Of a stretch of DNA of 64,000 nucleotides, positions 19,301 to 27,800 are shown in pieces. The stretch comes from Candidatus Bathyarchaeota archaeon (GTDB lineage: Archaea; Thermoproteota; Bathyarchaeia; Bathyarchaeales; Bathycorpusculaceae), in contig OY969706.1 in assembly GCA_963702095.1 (NCBI GenBank), positions 2,752,001 to 2,816,000 on the forward strand, given 5' to 3'. The position numbers and the translations under genes are program-made. The notes under the pieces are model-generated. The model saw only the letters and a list, made by a program, of their open reading frames with translations. It ran no database searches and was not told the DNA's origin. Position 1 is the stretch's first letter, and every line of letters begins with the position of its first letter.

Positions 19301-19799
19301 CCACGACCAATGTTAGGGCTTGGTCTGTGCCTCCTGCCGAGCGGATGGGGCCAGCAAAGTAGATTCCAAGGTAGCGGGTCTGGTCGGCGTTCTTTTTTAC
19401 TTTAACTTGGGCTATGCCCTGTATTGGCGCGGCGGTTAAGCCTTCAGTGAAAATCGCCAGCGCAGTTCGAATCGCCTGCTCAGCTAGCTTCTCTTCGGTG
19501 CTTTCTTCGGGGGTTTGGACGAATTTGCCCTGGGCGATTTCCTGTGCGACTTTGAAGGCGATTTCTTCACGGGGCATTTTGGCGCTAAGCTCTCGGATGC
19601 TCAGTGCGACGCCTTTTGGTCCAACCAAGCCCTCTACCAAGTCGGCGATGTCATGTGCAATAATGCATTCGGTTTTCAAGGCGGGGTCTAAACCCATGGA
19701 TCTGGCGTTGTCGCTTATGGCGTAGAGCCGTTTAAGCTCCTCCTCCATCGTTTCAACGTAGTTTCGGTATCCCTTGCTTATACCCATCTTAATGTTCAA
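16362..19799 (-). CDS. polC: DNA polymerase D large subunit DP2
   Basis: AGPIRSAGGT, RLRYGRSRNTG, catalytic KRRDCDGDED and Zn ribbons. No intein seen. Confidence 0.98.
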   Translation of the reverse strand: MNIKMGISKGYRNYVETMEEELKRLYAISDNARSMGLDPALKTECIIAHDIADLVEGLVGPKGVALSIRELSAKMPREEIAFKVAQEIAQGKFVQTPEESTEEKLAEQAIRTALAIFTEGLTAAPIQGIAQVKVKKNADQTRYLGIYFAGPIRSAGGTDQALTLVVGDYVRRELGLDVYKPTEEEVSRFVEELRLYERSVGRFQYHIPDEELRKALNLIPVECTGTESDPVEVSSYRNLQRVETNRVRGGALRVVNDGIVGRAQKVYVIVDKIGFHEWDWLKTFKKKSEKKSGGFMDDVIAGRPIFAFPSTRGGFRLRYGRSRNTGLSAVGIHPATMLVVEKFLAAGTQMRLELPGKGGVTLPVDSIEKPVVLLKDGSVVRVSLENYESTVKGKVEKILFLGDMLIDFGDFLYSNKALPPSGYVEEWWSKDLQNVIREKYGTNTQQASQVTKISAERLEGFIADPFENKPTTKEAAMLSQTLGLPLAPNCTLFWAGSTTVEEVECLRKWLACCEVQCDGGFATKITGPTDDGAVKFLRKIFAPFRVIDGKVVMTDEDAAALAFTLGYGTSRFSESLEAASVLVLLSLLCGVQIKDKAPTYVGGRMGRPEKAKHREMKPNVHVLFPVSLAGGSHRDLMEAAKKNAVFVDMVKRKCPNCKTYTRKIRCDTCGCETILEKFCPRCGRTLKENYCGTCKADAIQYQRQPVNFKELVESASTNLGYQAPKMLRGVKGLTNLDKTPEIVEKGILRAKHGLSVYKDGTIRFDATNAPLTHITPAEIGVSIEKMHQMGYLADTHGLPLTDPNQVCELKIQDVVIPWTAGEYFIKIASFIDDLLVRLYKQPPYYNVKKAEDLVGHLIFGLAPHTCACILGRVVGYTDRNVIYAHPVWHSAKRRDCDGDEDAIMLGLDTLLNFSRIFLPAQIGGIMDAPILLIPFCNTKEVQRQAHDFDVSITYPIEFYKQTQVKGEARAVSAFMDVISHRLGTDGQFEGFQFTTPCTNINLGNANSSYKEFKSMIDKLNMQLGLGEKIDAVDARRVALKVLNTHFMRDIAGNMRAFSTQGFRCKSCNKKFRRLPLVGKCPFCGGQLTLTVYRGGIEKYLVAAQQLVDKYGLPNYYTQRMDLIKEELILMFDNKKPKQATLFDFK

Positions 19800-19880
19800 A
19801 GCGCCAATTCACATGCAGAGTATACGTTAATGGGTATTTTGGGCTTTCTAAAAAACAGAGAAAAAGTGCATGAAAGAAAG

Positions 19881-20636
19881 CTATGCTCTTGGATGTTTGA
19901 TGGCTTGGATTATCTGTGATATGCGTTCGTTGGCTTCGCTGGTTTCTGTGAGGTTACCTGTGACGATTATGTCTGCGCCTGCGTTGGCTGCGGCTAGCGC
20001 GGCTTCTTTGGTTCGGATGCCTCCGCCGACGATGAGGGGAACATCGATTGTCCTTCGCACTTCACGGATTAACTCGGGAGGCACCGGAGTTACTACACCT
20101 GAGCCGCCTTCAAGGTAGATGAAGCGCATGCCCAAGTATTGACCTGCCAGTGCGTGGTCGGCTGCAAGCGTGGGTTTGCTGTAGGGCACGGGGAGGGCTT
20201 TGCCGACTCTGCCTGCGGTGCCGCCGTCGCCTACGATTACGTAGCCCATGGGGATTGGTTCAACATGGAATTTTTTGATGTAGGGTGCGCCTAGGATTTG
20301 GGCGCCCATCAAAAAGTAGGGGTCGGTTGAGTTGAGCATGGACATAAACCAGATGGCGTCGGCGTAGCGGCTTATGCCGCTGACGTTGCCCGGAAAAAGA
20401 ATAGTCGGCGTGTCAACCGCGTCTTTTATGGCTTTAACAACATCGTCGAGTTGCTTTTGTGACGCAACAGTTGAGCCCCCGATCATGATGGCGGCTGTTC
20501 CGCTGTTCTTGGAGCTCTTAGCAACTCTCGCGGCGGCTTTGGGCGTTACCTTTTCTGGGTCGATGAGGGTCATGTGGATTGTGCCGTCAGCTTTTATTTT
20601 GTCTAGCAAGTACCGTTCAATGGACCCAACCATCAA
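19881..20636 (-). CDS. Geranylgeranylglyceryl phosphate synthase
   Basis: TLIDPEK, IGGST, LFPGN, YLEGGSG and VGGGIR motifs. Confidence 0.95.
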   Translation of the reverse strand: MMVGSIERYLLDKIKADGTIHMTLIDPEKVTPKAAARVAKSSKNSGTAAIMIGGSTVASQKQLDDVVKAIKDAVDTPTILFPGNVSGISRYADAIWFMSMLNSTDPYFLMGAQILGAPYIKKFHVEPIPMGYVIVGDGGTAGRVGKALPVPYSKPTLAADHALAGQYLGMRFIYLEGGSGVVTPVPPELIREVRRTIDVPLIVGGGIRTKEAALAAANAGADIIVTGNLTETSEANERISQIIQAIKHPRA

Positions 20637-20649
20637 GCAATCCTTCGGG

Positions 20650-20919
20650 TTACTCTTCTTTTGCCTTAGTTATTGGTGTACGCTTTATGTTAGCGTAAAC
20701 CCTATCGGTTAACATGCAGTAAACGTCAACTTCGCCCTGAGCAGACTTGACGGTGAATTCTTCTTTGAGCCCACAGCTGCTGCATTGAGCAACTGCTCTG
20801 CCGCCTTCTTCGCGGTAGATTTCTACTCGGACGGTTTCTTTTCCGCATCTAGGGCAAGAGAAGAACTTGGGTAGTCTTTTCTTTGGAATGTGAACAACTT
20901 TTTTCCTTCTTCGCCCCAT
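20650..20919 (-). CDS. elf1: Transcription elongation factor Elf1
   Basis: MGRRRKK..LPKFFSCPRCG..CSSCG..VDVY Zn ribbon. Confidence 0.9.
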   Translation of the reverse strand: MGRRRKKVVHIPKKRLPKFFSCPRCGKETVRVEIYREEGGRAVAQCSSCGLKEEFTVKSAQGEVDVYCMLTDRVYANIKRTPITKAKEE

Positions 20920-21019
20920 ACAAAGTTCCTTCTACATGATTTGGTAGTGTTCATTAATATTTATCCTTGTCCTTAAATACTTGCCTACTAACCATTGCTA
21001 TGAAGCTGCGTGATAAGCC

Positions 21020-21862
21020 TTGAAGTTAACGCCTTCTGCACTGGAAATAGATTTCTCAGAAGCCCAAACCCGCATAGTCCGATTCATAAAAGAATATCTC
21101 GCCAACGCAGGCGCCAAAGGCGTCGTTTTGGGCTTATCTGGTGGAGTAGACAGCGCAACCGTAGCGGCGCTTTGTAGCCAAGCCGTAGGAGGAGAAAACG
21201 TCCTCGCCCTCTTGCTGCCCGAGAAAGAGACGTTCAAACAAAAGGACATCGACGACGCCAACGCCGTAGCAGAGCTGTTCCATCTCCAAACACAGTTCTG
21301 TGACATGACAGAGGTCCTCGACGCCTTCTACTTGGGCATACCAATCTTCAAAGCAGCCGACCGCATCTGCAAAGGAAACATCAAAGCCAGAACCCGAATG
21401 ATCTATCTCTACTACTACGCAAACAACCAAAACCGAATCGTCGCCGGCACCTCAGACAAATCCGAAACCATGATGGGTTACTTCACCAAGTGGGGCGACG
21501 CAGCAGCCGACATCTCACCCATAATCGACCTCTACAAAACCCAAGTGCGCAAACTAGCCATGCACCTTGGAATCCCCCAAGAACTCGCCATGAAACCCTC
21601 CACACCTGCCCTGTGGCCAAACCAGCTAGCTGAGTCTGAGTTGGAGATCAAATATGAAACCCTCGACCTGATTCTCTATGGGTTGGAACGGTTTATGAGG
21701 CCAGTGGAAATCAGCGAGCAGTTAGGCATCGAAGCCGCCGTCGTGGAGAGGGTGCAGAACCGCTGGTTAGCAACTGAGCATAAGCGGAGGCTGCCTCTTG
21801 CGCCTAAACTTGGCTTTAGAACTGCAACAACCGATTTTAGGCTCCCAAGACACACTTACTGA
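21020..21862 (+). CDS. nadE: NAD+ synthetase (single-domain)
   Basis: GLSGGVDS, GNIKARTRM, GYFTKWGD and LYKTQV motifs. Confidence 0.95.
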   Translation: MKLTPSALEIDFSEAQTRIVRFIKEYLANAGAKGVVLGLSGGVDSATVAALCSQAVGGENVLALLLPEKETFKQKDIDDANAVAELFHLQTQFCDMTEVLDAFYLGIPIFKAADRICKGNIKARTRMIYLYYYANNQNRIVAGTSDKSETMMGYFTKWGDAAADISPIIDLYKTQVRKLAMHLGIPQELAMKPSTPALWPNQLAESELEIKYETLDLILYGLERFMRPVEISEQLGIEAAVVERVQNRWLATEHKRRLPLAPKLGFRTATTDFRLPRHTY

Positions 21863-21873
21863 AAGGGATCACA

Positions 21874-22707
21874 GTGAAGGATAAGGTTAAGCTTGCACTT
21901 TGCCAAATAAGCAGCAGACGAGAAAACAAGGAGGCTAACCTCCAAAAAATCGAGGAGTTAACCGCCAAAGCTAAAGGGGAGGGAGCGGAATTGGCGATTT
22001 TCCCAGAGATGTCACTGACAGGCTATGTTCTCCATGACCAAGTGTACGGTTGTGCCGAGACCGTGCCTGGACCATCAACCCAGAAAGTGGTTGAGATTGC
22101 CCAGAAAAACGGTATGCACATCATTTTTGGGATGCCTGAGCTTAGCGAAAAAACCCAAGCCACCATCTACAACACCGCCGTCATGGTGGGTCCCAAAGGC
22201 TACATCGGTAAATACCGCAAAATGTACCTTCCCACGCACAGCGTGTTTGAGGAGAAGCGTTATTTCCGTCCTGGATACGAGCCAGGGGCGTTCCAAACCG
22301 ACATCGGTAACATCGGGTTAACTATCTGCTATGATGTTTTCTTTCCAGAAGTGTTTAGGCTTTGCCGATTGAAGGGTGCGCAACTCATGGTTTGTATTTC
22401 TGCTTCCCCAGCGGTGCGTCGAAGCTACTTTGAGTTGCTAACTGCCGCGCGTGCATTGGAGAACACGGCATATTTAGCCTACGTTAACCTCGCAGGCGTG
22501 CAGGATGGCTTGCAATTTTGGGGCGGAAGCCGCCTCGTCAGCCCCACAGGCGACGTTTTAGCTAAAGCAAAGTATGATTTGGAGGATTTTGTGGTCGCCG
22601 AGGTCGATTTGGCTGATTTGCGTACCGCCGAAACCTTTGTTCCGACGATAAGGGATCTTCGCCCAGAGCTTTATGATAAGCTTAAGCGGTATTCCGAGCA
22701 AATTTAA
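21874..22707 (+). CDS. Carbon-nitrogen hydrolase (nitrilase superfamily)
   Basis: E-K-C triad in FPEM, YRKMYL and ICYD. Confidence 0.92.
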   Translation: MKDKVKLALCQISSRRENKEANLQKIEELTAKAKGEGAELAIFPEMSLTGYVLHDQVYGCAETVPGPSTQKVVEIAQKNGMHIIFGMPELSEKTQATIYNTAVMVGPKGYIGKYRKMYLPTHSVFEEKRYFRPGYEPGAFQTDIGNIGLTICYDVFFPEVFRLCRLKGAQLMVCISASPAVRRSYFELLTAARALENTAYLAYVNLAGVQDGLQFWGGSRLVSPTGDVLAKAKYDLEDFVVAEVDLADLRTAETFVPTIRDLRPELYDKLKRYSEQI

Positions 22708-22740
22708 GCAGGTCACATATAAGCGAAATGCTCGGGAGAA

Positions 22741-22840
22741 CACATCACAGATGCATCACAAAGCTGTGATATCAAGTGATTTCGGGCTAAATCACAGCTT
22801 TTTGGTGATGTCACGGTGATTTTTTGGTTAAATCACGTTG
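22741..22840. repeat. GTGAT/ATCAC motif cluster 1 (putative iterated protein-binding sites)
   Basis: Eight GTGAT/ATCAC in about 95 bp (22744, 22755, 22766, 22776, 22791, 22805, 22816, 22832), including the near-palindrome GTGATGTCAC. Confidence 0.75.
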
Positions 22841-23186
22841 AGATTAGCAGGAGGATAATGTATTTTGGTGTTAGATTTGGGCTGAAAAAGTGTGTGTTAT
22901 TTCGCTGGGAATGTAAAAAAATGGGCGGGAGAGGGTTTGAGGTGTTTGCAGAAGTGCGTTTTTTGTGTAAAGTTGAGGCATGTGGATGGTTGAAATTACC
23001 GAGGAATTTAGCCTTTTTCATGTTAAATGGTCTAAAACTATCCTTAAATCGTCGGGCAAGGTATTAATCGGCATATTTTTGTGAATTAGGGCAAATTTAG
23101 CCGTTTTTTTTATCGATATAGCGGGTTTTGTGGGGGTGAAAGGATAAAAACAGGGGTTAGTATACAAAACTGTATCCATTTGGACT

Positions 23187-23684
23187 ATGGAGGAAAACAG
23201 TGGTTTGAAGCTAAAAGACGGGGTAACAGCATGGTTAAATGGGGCACTAAATGACCCCATCGTACAAATACTGGCTAAAAACAGCCAATTAACAAAAACA
23301 CAGCTAGAAACGCTACTCATTGACGTTTTATCTGAAAATATATCGGGGAAACAGCTAAAATACGACGATAAAGCCGCATTAAGGCTAACAAAGGCTAAAA
23401 TAAGTCGCGGTAGCTTTAATAGGACTTTAAAACAGTCCCGCGAAAACGTCATTAAGTCCATCTACACAGTGCTACTTTTAGGGTATTTGGGAGTTTTTGA
23501 GACAACAACTCTCGACCCGTACCTCGAAATAGCCAATAAACTGCACGAGTACGTCGATGCACACCAGGACGTTCCTATCAAGGAAGAGGAACTAAAAGAC
23601 CATCGAAAAGTCATAGAAATCATCAGAAATGAGCTTGAAACGAGCCTAAAACGGCTTTCTAGCCCATCAGAAGCCCCCCTGTGA
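23187..23684 (+). CDS. Uncharacterised HTH-like protein (165 aa)
   Basis: SQLTKTQLETLL...KISRGSFNRTLKQSRENV resembles a helix-turn-helix followed by a helical bundle. Confidence 0.7.
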   Translation: MEENSGLKLKDGVTAWLNGALNDPIVQILAKNSQLTKTQLETLLIDVLSENISGKQLKYDDKAALRLTKAKISRGSFNRTLKQSRENVIKSIYTVLLLGYLGVFETTTLDPYLEIANKLHEYVDAHQDVPIKEEELKDHRKVIEIIRNELETSLKRLSSPSEAPL

Positions 23685-24000
23685 TGTCACAAATCACAGG
23701 TTTATCCATCTTTTTATGTATAAATTGAAGGAAAAAATAACCGTTCCTACAGGGCTATATTCAAGGGCTAATTTCCTAAACAGGCTCAAATTTCAATCTT
23801 TTCAACCTATGGATAGGCCATTAAGAGAGCCAACTATAAAGTTGTGATCTGTGATGTCATTCTTGCATGTGATCAGGTCACCGATAACCTTAAATTTCCA
23901 TGGGAATTAGTGTGATGTGTGATGCAACCGTTAAAATCACGGGGAATCACGGTTGAGTCACACATAAATCACGGGGGAAGAAATCACGGTTGACCTCACA
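23681..24000. repeat. GTGAT/ATCAC motif cluster 2
   Basis: Eleven GTGAT/ATCAC (23681, 23693, 23844, 23851, 23869, 23912, 23919, 23936, 23946, 23968, 23983), a second GTGATGTCAC, and a tandem AAATCACGGGG..AATCACGGTTGA unit. Confidence 0.75.
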
Positions 24001-24009
24001 CCATTAATA

Positions 24010-24777
24010 TTGGCTGTTTTAGTAGCTGTTACAGCGGTAGCTGCCTATGAATACTACAAGCATATTCGAATGGCACACAAAGAATACGAGAAAGCCAAAG
24101 ATTTTCTAGAAGATATCGTGTTGAGTTTTGATCGAGAACTTAAACGTGAATCAAACAAGTTTGACACTATGGTATCAAAGGTAGAGGGAAGCCACAACAC
24201 AGCTGATGTCAGCTACAGAAAAGCTGAGCGATTAGAACTCAAAATCGAGCCAATGGAGGAGCAGCTTGGCGCCCTCACTCAATCATACCAGGCGATGTCA
24301 CAGACAGTCACAGAGGAACTAACAGAAAACACGCAAAACAACACAAGAGTCCTCTCAGGGCTCCAAGGCTTAGAAGCAAAACTCAAAGACATCGACGTGG
24401 CGCAGGAAACTCTCAAGAACAAAATCTCAGGCCTTGAAGAGCAAATCCAGAAGATAGCCACTGCCCCGCCGCCTCAACCAGAATTCAGAACAGAAGTTGT
24501 GTTGCCGCCTATACCCATCAAACGGGACAAAGCCCTAGCCGCCCTCACAGAAACCGAAATCCAAGTGCTTGAAATGCTCTCAAAAGAGGGCTCTAAGACT
24601 GCACCTGAAATAAAAGAGAGAGTACACCTAAGCCGGGAGCACACTGCACGGTTGATGAAGAAGCTCTATGAAAATGGGTATCTCGAGAGGGAGGCAGGCA
24701 AAATTCCCTTCCGCTACAGCATAAAGAAGGAAATGGAAGCACTGCTACAGAAAGTAGAGAATCCACCAGCAACATAG
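24010..24777 (+). CDS. Predicted membrane-anchored coiled-coil protein with C-terminal MarR-like winged helix
   Basis: Hydrophobic N-terminus, about 130 aa heptad-rich region, Pro-rich linker, then LTETEIQVLEML..TAPEIKERVHLSREHTARLMKKLYENGYLER. Confidence 0.8.
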   Translation: MAVLVAVTAVAAYEYYKHIRMAHKEYEKAKDFLEDIVLSFDRELKRESNKFDTMVSKVEGSHNTADVSYRKAERLELKIEPMEEQLGALTQSYQAMSQTVTEELTENTQNNTRVLSGLQGLEAKLKDIDVAQETLKNKISGLEEQIQKIATAPPPQPEFRTEVVLPPIPIKRDKALAALTETEIQVLEMLSKEGSKTAPEIKERVHLSREHTARLMKKLYENGYLEREAGKIPFRYSIKKEMEALLQKVENPPAT

Positions 24778-24822
24778 CGTGAACTAGGTAGGCGTGGTTT
24801 CCCACGTTAAAGGTACCCCTTC

Positions 24823-24970
24823 TACTTGTAAAATCAGCCTCAACCAGCCTACAGCCCGTTTCCGTTACAGAACACAAAACACAGCCGCCCACCAAGCCCA
24901 TAGGAAGAAGATGAGTAAGGGCAACACTCTCTTCTTCTAACACTAGAAAAACAAAAAAGCCCAAATTTTG
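24823..24970 (-). repeat. Dispersed intergenic repeat family A, copy 3
   Basis: Its reverse complement is identical to copy 4 over about 83 nt. Confidence 0.9.
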
Positions 24971-25005
24971 ATCTACACGGGGGAGGGAGGCAGTAAAAGA
25001 AAAGC

Positions 25006-25977
25006 TTAGACAACCAAGTCCGCCATGTCGACGCTGCGCTCATAGATCTGCCTAAGAAAAGACACTGCCGCCAAGAATTCAGGCATCAAATCCACCGAGG
25101 ACTCCTTAGCTGCCGACTCAATCTTTGTAGAGGTATCAAGAATTTTTGTCCTTAGATTCCGCACGTTTTCTGCTAGCGAGATGTCTTTGGATAGGAATGA
25201 TTTGAAGGCTTGATCGTTGGCTTCACAGCAGGCAGATTGCAACTCGGTTAGGAGCTTGCGGATTTCCTCGGAGAGTTTAGCATCGTTTAGTTCCAGCGTG
25301 TTCTGAGCCAGTTGCACACATGCGTCGCCTATGCCTTCGATCAGACTTGCGGCTAAACGGTAGTCAAGGCATTCGATAGGTGTTATGGACAGTTTTTCGC
25401 TTAGCCTTGGATTCTGGATGATGGTTCGAAGTATCCTGACAAGTAAAAAGTAGAATTTGTTGTTTTCAACGTCGCGTTCGATTACGTTTTTAGCTAAGTC
25501 GGTGTCGACGGTGATGAATGAGTTGGCGGCGTCGCGTATCATGCGGGCTGCGCTTGCGTTGTTGCGCTGCAAGATTTTACTTGGGGAAGTAAAGGGCTGC
25601 TGCATCATGCATTGCAGAGACATCATGGAGGTGGTTTCTTCAACAATCATCAAGCCGGCCAATGAGTTAGCTGTGGATTTAACTAGGTTGCGAACGTTGG
25701 AGTCGATGCGGTCTTTGGCTTCTACCCTTATGATGTCGTATCCGAGCAGGTAGCGACCGATGATTTCGCGGCTCAAGTAGGGACCGATGCTTAGAACGGC
25801 GACTTTAGGCTGTACTTCATTGTCGAATTGGGGGTCGATAAAGAGTTTTCCGTCGCTTGTAACTTCTAAATTAACCTGGGTGCCTTTCTGGAGCCCATGC
25901 CCTTTAGCCCAGTCACGTGGCAAGCATACAAAGAAGGTGCCTGTTGGCGTCTGCTGGATTTTTCGTAGTTCACTCAT
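25006..25977 (-). CDS. AbrB-PhoU phosphate uptake regulator family protein
   Basis: RKIQQTPTGTFFVCLPRDWA AbrB domain, YLLGYDII, and two PhoU-like helical repeats (IEGIGD, IYERSVDMADL). Confidence 0.88.
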   Translation of the reverse strand: MSELRKIQQTPTGTFFVCLPRDWAKGHGLQKGTQVNLEVTSDGKLFIDPQFDNEVQPKVAVLSIGPYLSREIIGRYLLGYDIIRVEAKDRIDSNVRNLVKSTANSLAGLMIVEETTSMMSLQCMMQQPFTSPSKILQRNNASAARMIRDAANSFITVDTDLAKNVIERDVENNKFYFLLVRILRTIIQNPRLSEKLSITPIECLDYRLAASLIEGIGDACVQLAQNTLELNDAKLSEEIRKLLTELQSACCEANDQAFKSFLSKDISLAENVRNLRTKILDTSTKIESAAKESSVDLMPEFLAAVSFLRQIYERSVDMADLVV

Positions 25978-26201
25978 TGAATTGCCACCGAGATATGATT
26001 CATCTAAACATTTCAGGGCTTATATAAATTACTTCCAAACGGTTTTGTTTTAATGGCAGATAATACAATCAAGCCGCAACCGTAAAGAAAAAACATCACC
26101 GCACTTGCAAGCGCAAATGAAAAACAGTAAATAACTCAAAAGCAATAATGGCTAAACATCAAGCCAGCACCAACCATGGATAAAAGAGGGGTGGAAACGC
26201 G

Positions 26202-27800
26202 ATGGGTGAAGAGGAACAACTGCAAAGAGCAATCGAAGCAACAATCGCTGCAGGTTACCAGTTAAACAGCGAAGCCTTCGAGTTCCTCATCCAAAACTCT
26301 CAAACCAACGACCCCATGGCAGTAATGAATTTGGTGCTAGAGCGGATGGCTAATCTGGCGGATAAGCCGATGTTTATCGAGCGCAGTTTCTTAGAAACAG
26401 TGGTTCAGCAAGCAGCTATGGCTGTTGCAGAAGTTGTTTATGAGCAGCCTCCCGCGCAGGCGCCCACAGTTCAGCTGTACCCAAGCTACCCCGAGCCAAC
26501 GGCGAAGCCACAGATCAACGCTGCAGATTCGTTCTATCCCTATGCCAAAGACATCGCCTCTGACCTCAAAATCCTCGACGACTCCACCGGCAATCTAACC
26601 TCCAACGGCACCCTCAACGAATATATGGGGCTTTTTCAGGACCGATTTAAACGGGTCGAGAAAATATTGCGCCAAAGAATGGATGTTAAAGCAGCCACCC
26701 CTATAGTGGAAGCCCTCAAATCGCAGCCTAAAACCAAACTAAAAATCATCTGCATGCTAACTGAGAAGCGGGACTCCAAGAACAATATGATCCTCTCTGT
26801 GGAAGACCTTCATGGAAGCGCAACCGTGCTTATCCCTCAGAAGGCACCTGAAGAAGTAAAAAGGAAAGCGCTCATGCTATTGCCGGATACAGTGTTCTGT
26901 GCAGCCGTCATTAAAACCCGAACCAACCTCTTGATGGCAGAAGACATTATTCTTCCAGAAGTAGGCAAAAAAATACCCCAGCGGGCGCAGGAGCCAGTGT
27001 ACGCTGTACTTACCTCAGACACACATATTGGCAGCACAAAATTTACCAAAGAAGCCTTCCGCCGCTTTATCCTTTGGCTCCGAGGCAAATACGGCACGCC
27101 TGAGATGCGGGAAATTGCGGGCCGAGTCAAATACCTGCTTATCGCAGGCGATATAGTTGACGGCATCGGAATTTACCCCGGGCAACAGAACGAAATCACC
27201 ATACGCGATATCCACAAACAATACAATTTTGCCATTAAGTATCTCGAGAAAATTCCCAGTTATATCGAAATCGTGCTCTCGCCCGGCAACCATGACGCCG
27301 CACGCAAATCACTGCCTCAGCCAGCCATACCCGAAGGCTACCTGTCGGCAATCAAAGACAAACCCAATATCCACAGCGTCGGCAGCCCCTGCCTACTCAG
27401 CATCCATGGGGTAGAAGTCCTCATGTACCATGGCCGCAGCTTAGACGACATTATCTCCGTCATCCCAGGCATGGATCATGAGCACCCCGATAAATCAATG
27501 CGGCTTCTCTTGCAGAGCCGGCACTTGGCACCGGTATATGGTGGAAAAACAATGCTTTCCCCAGAGAACCGGGATTACCTAGTCATCGACAGAGTTCCCG
27601 ACATATTCCATGCGGGACACGTACACGTCAACGGCTTGTGCAACTATCGTGGTGTGTTGGTTGTTAATTCGGGCGGTTGGCAGGAACAGACGGATTACAT
27701 GGAAAAGTTGGGGTTGGTCCCCACTCCCGGAAAGGTGCCGGTTGTGAACCTACAAACTATGGAGACCACGATTTTAGATTTTATTAATCCGTTATTCTGA
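26202..27800 (+). CDS. polB: DNA polymerase D small subunit DP1 (proofreading exonuclease)
   Basis: SDTHIGS, AGDIVDGIGIYPGQ, PGNHD, YHGRS and GHVH phosphoesterase motifs. Confidence 0.97.
   Translation: MGEEEQLQRAIEATIAAGYQLNSEAFEFLIQNSQTNDPMAVMNLVLERMANLADKPMFIERSFLETVVQQAAMAVAEVVYEQPPAQAPTVQLYPSYPEPTAKPQINAADSFYPYAKDIASDLKILDDSTGNLTSNGTLNEYMGLFQDRFKRVEKILRQRMDVKAATPIVEALKSQPKTKLKIICMLTEKRDSKNNMILSVEDLHGSATVLIPQKAPEEVKRKALMLLPDTVFCAAVIKTRTNLLMAEDIILPEVGKKIPQRAQEPVYAVLTSDTHIGSTKFTKEAFRRFILWLRGKYGTPEMREIAGRVKYLLIAGDIVDGIGIYPGQQNEITIRDIHKQYNFAIKYLEKIPSYIEIVLSPGNHDAARKSLPQPAIPEGYLSAIKDKPNIHSVGSPCLLSIHGVEVLMYHGRSLDDIISVIPGMDHEHPDKSMRLLLQSRHLAPVYGGKTMLSPENRDYLVIDRVPDIFHAGHVHVNGLCNYRGVLVVNSGGWQEQTDYMEKLGLVPTPGKVPVVNLQTMETTILDFINPLF

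Noticed and set aside
22741-24000. GTGAT clusters as a CRISPR array
   Set aside because: The repeat unit is only 5-10 bp, with mixed orientation and irregular spacing. No cas genes are in the window.
24593-24964. ORFs 24593-24964 and 60843-61034 sharing LTH..P.GL...CRLVEA
   Set aside because: These are shadow translations of repeat family A, with no consistent start or stop among copies.
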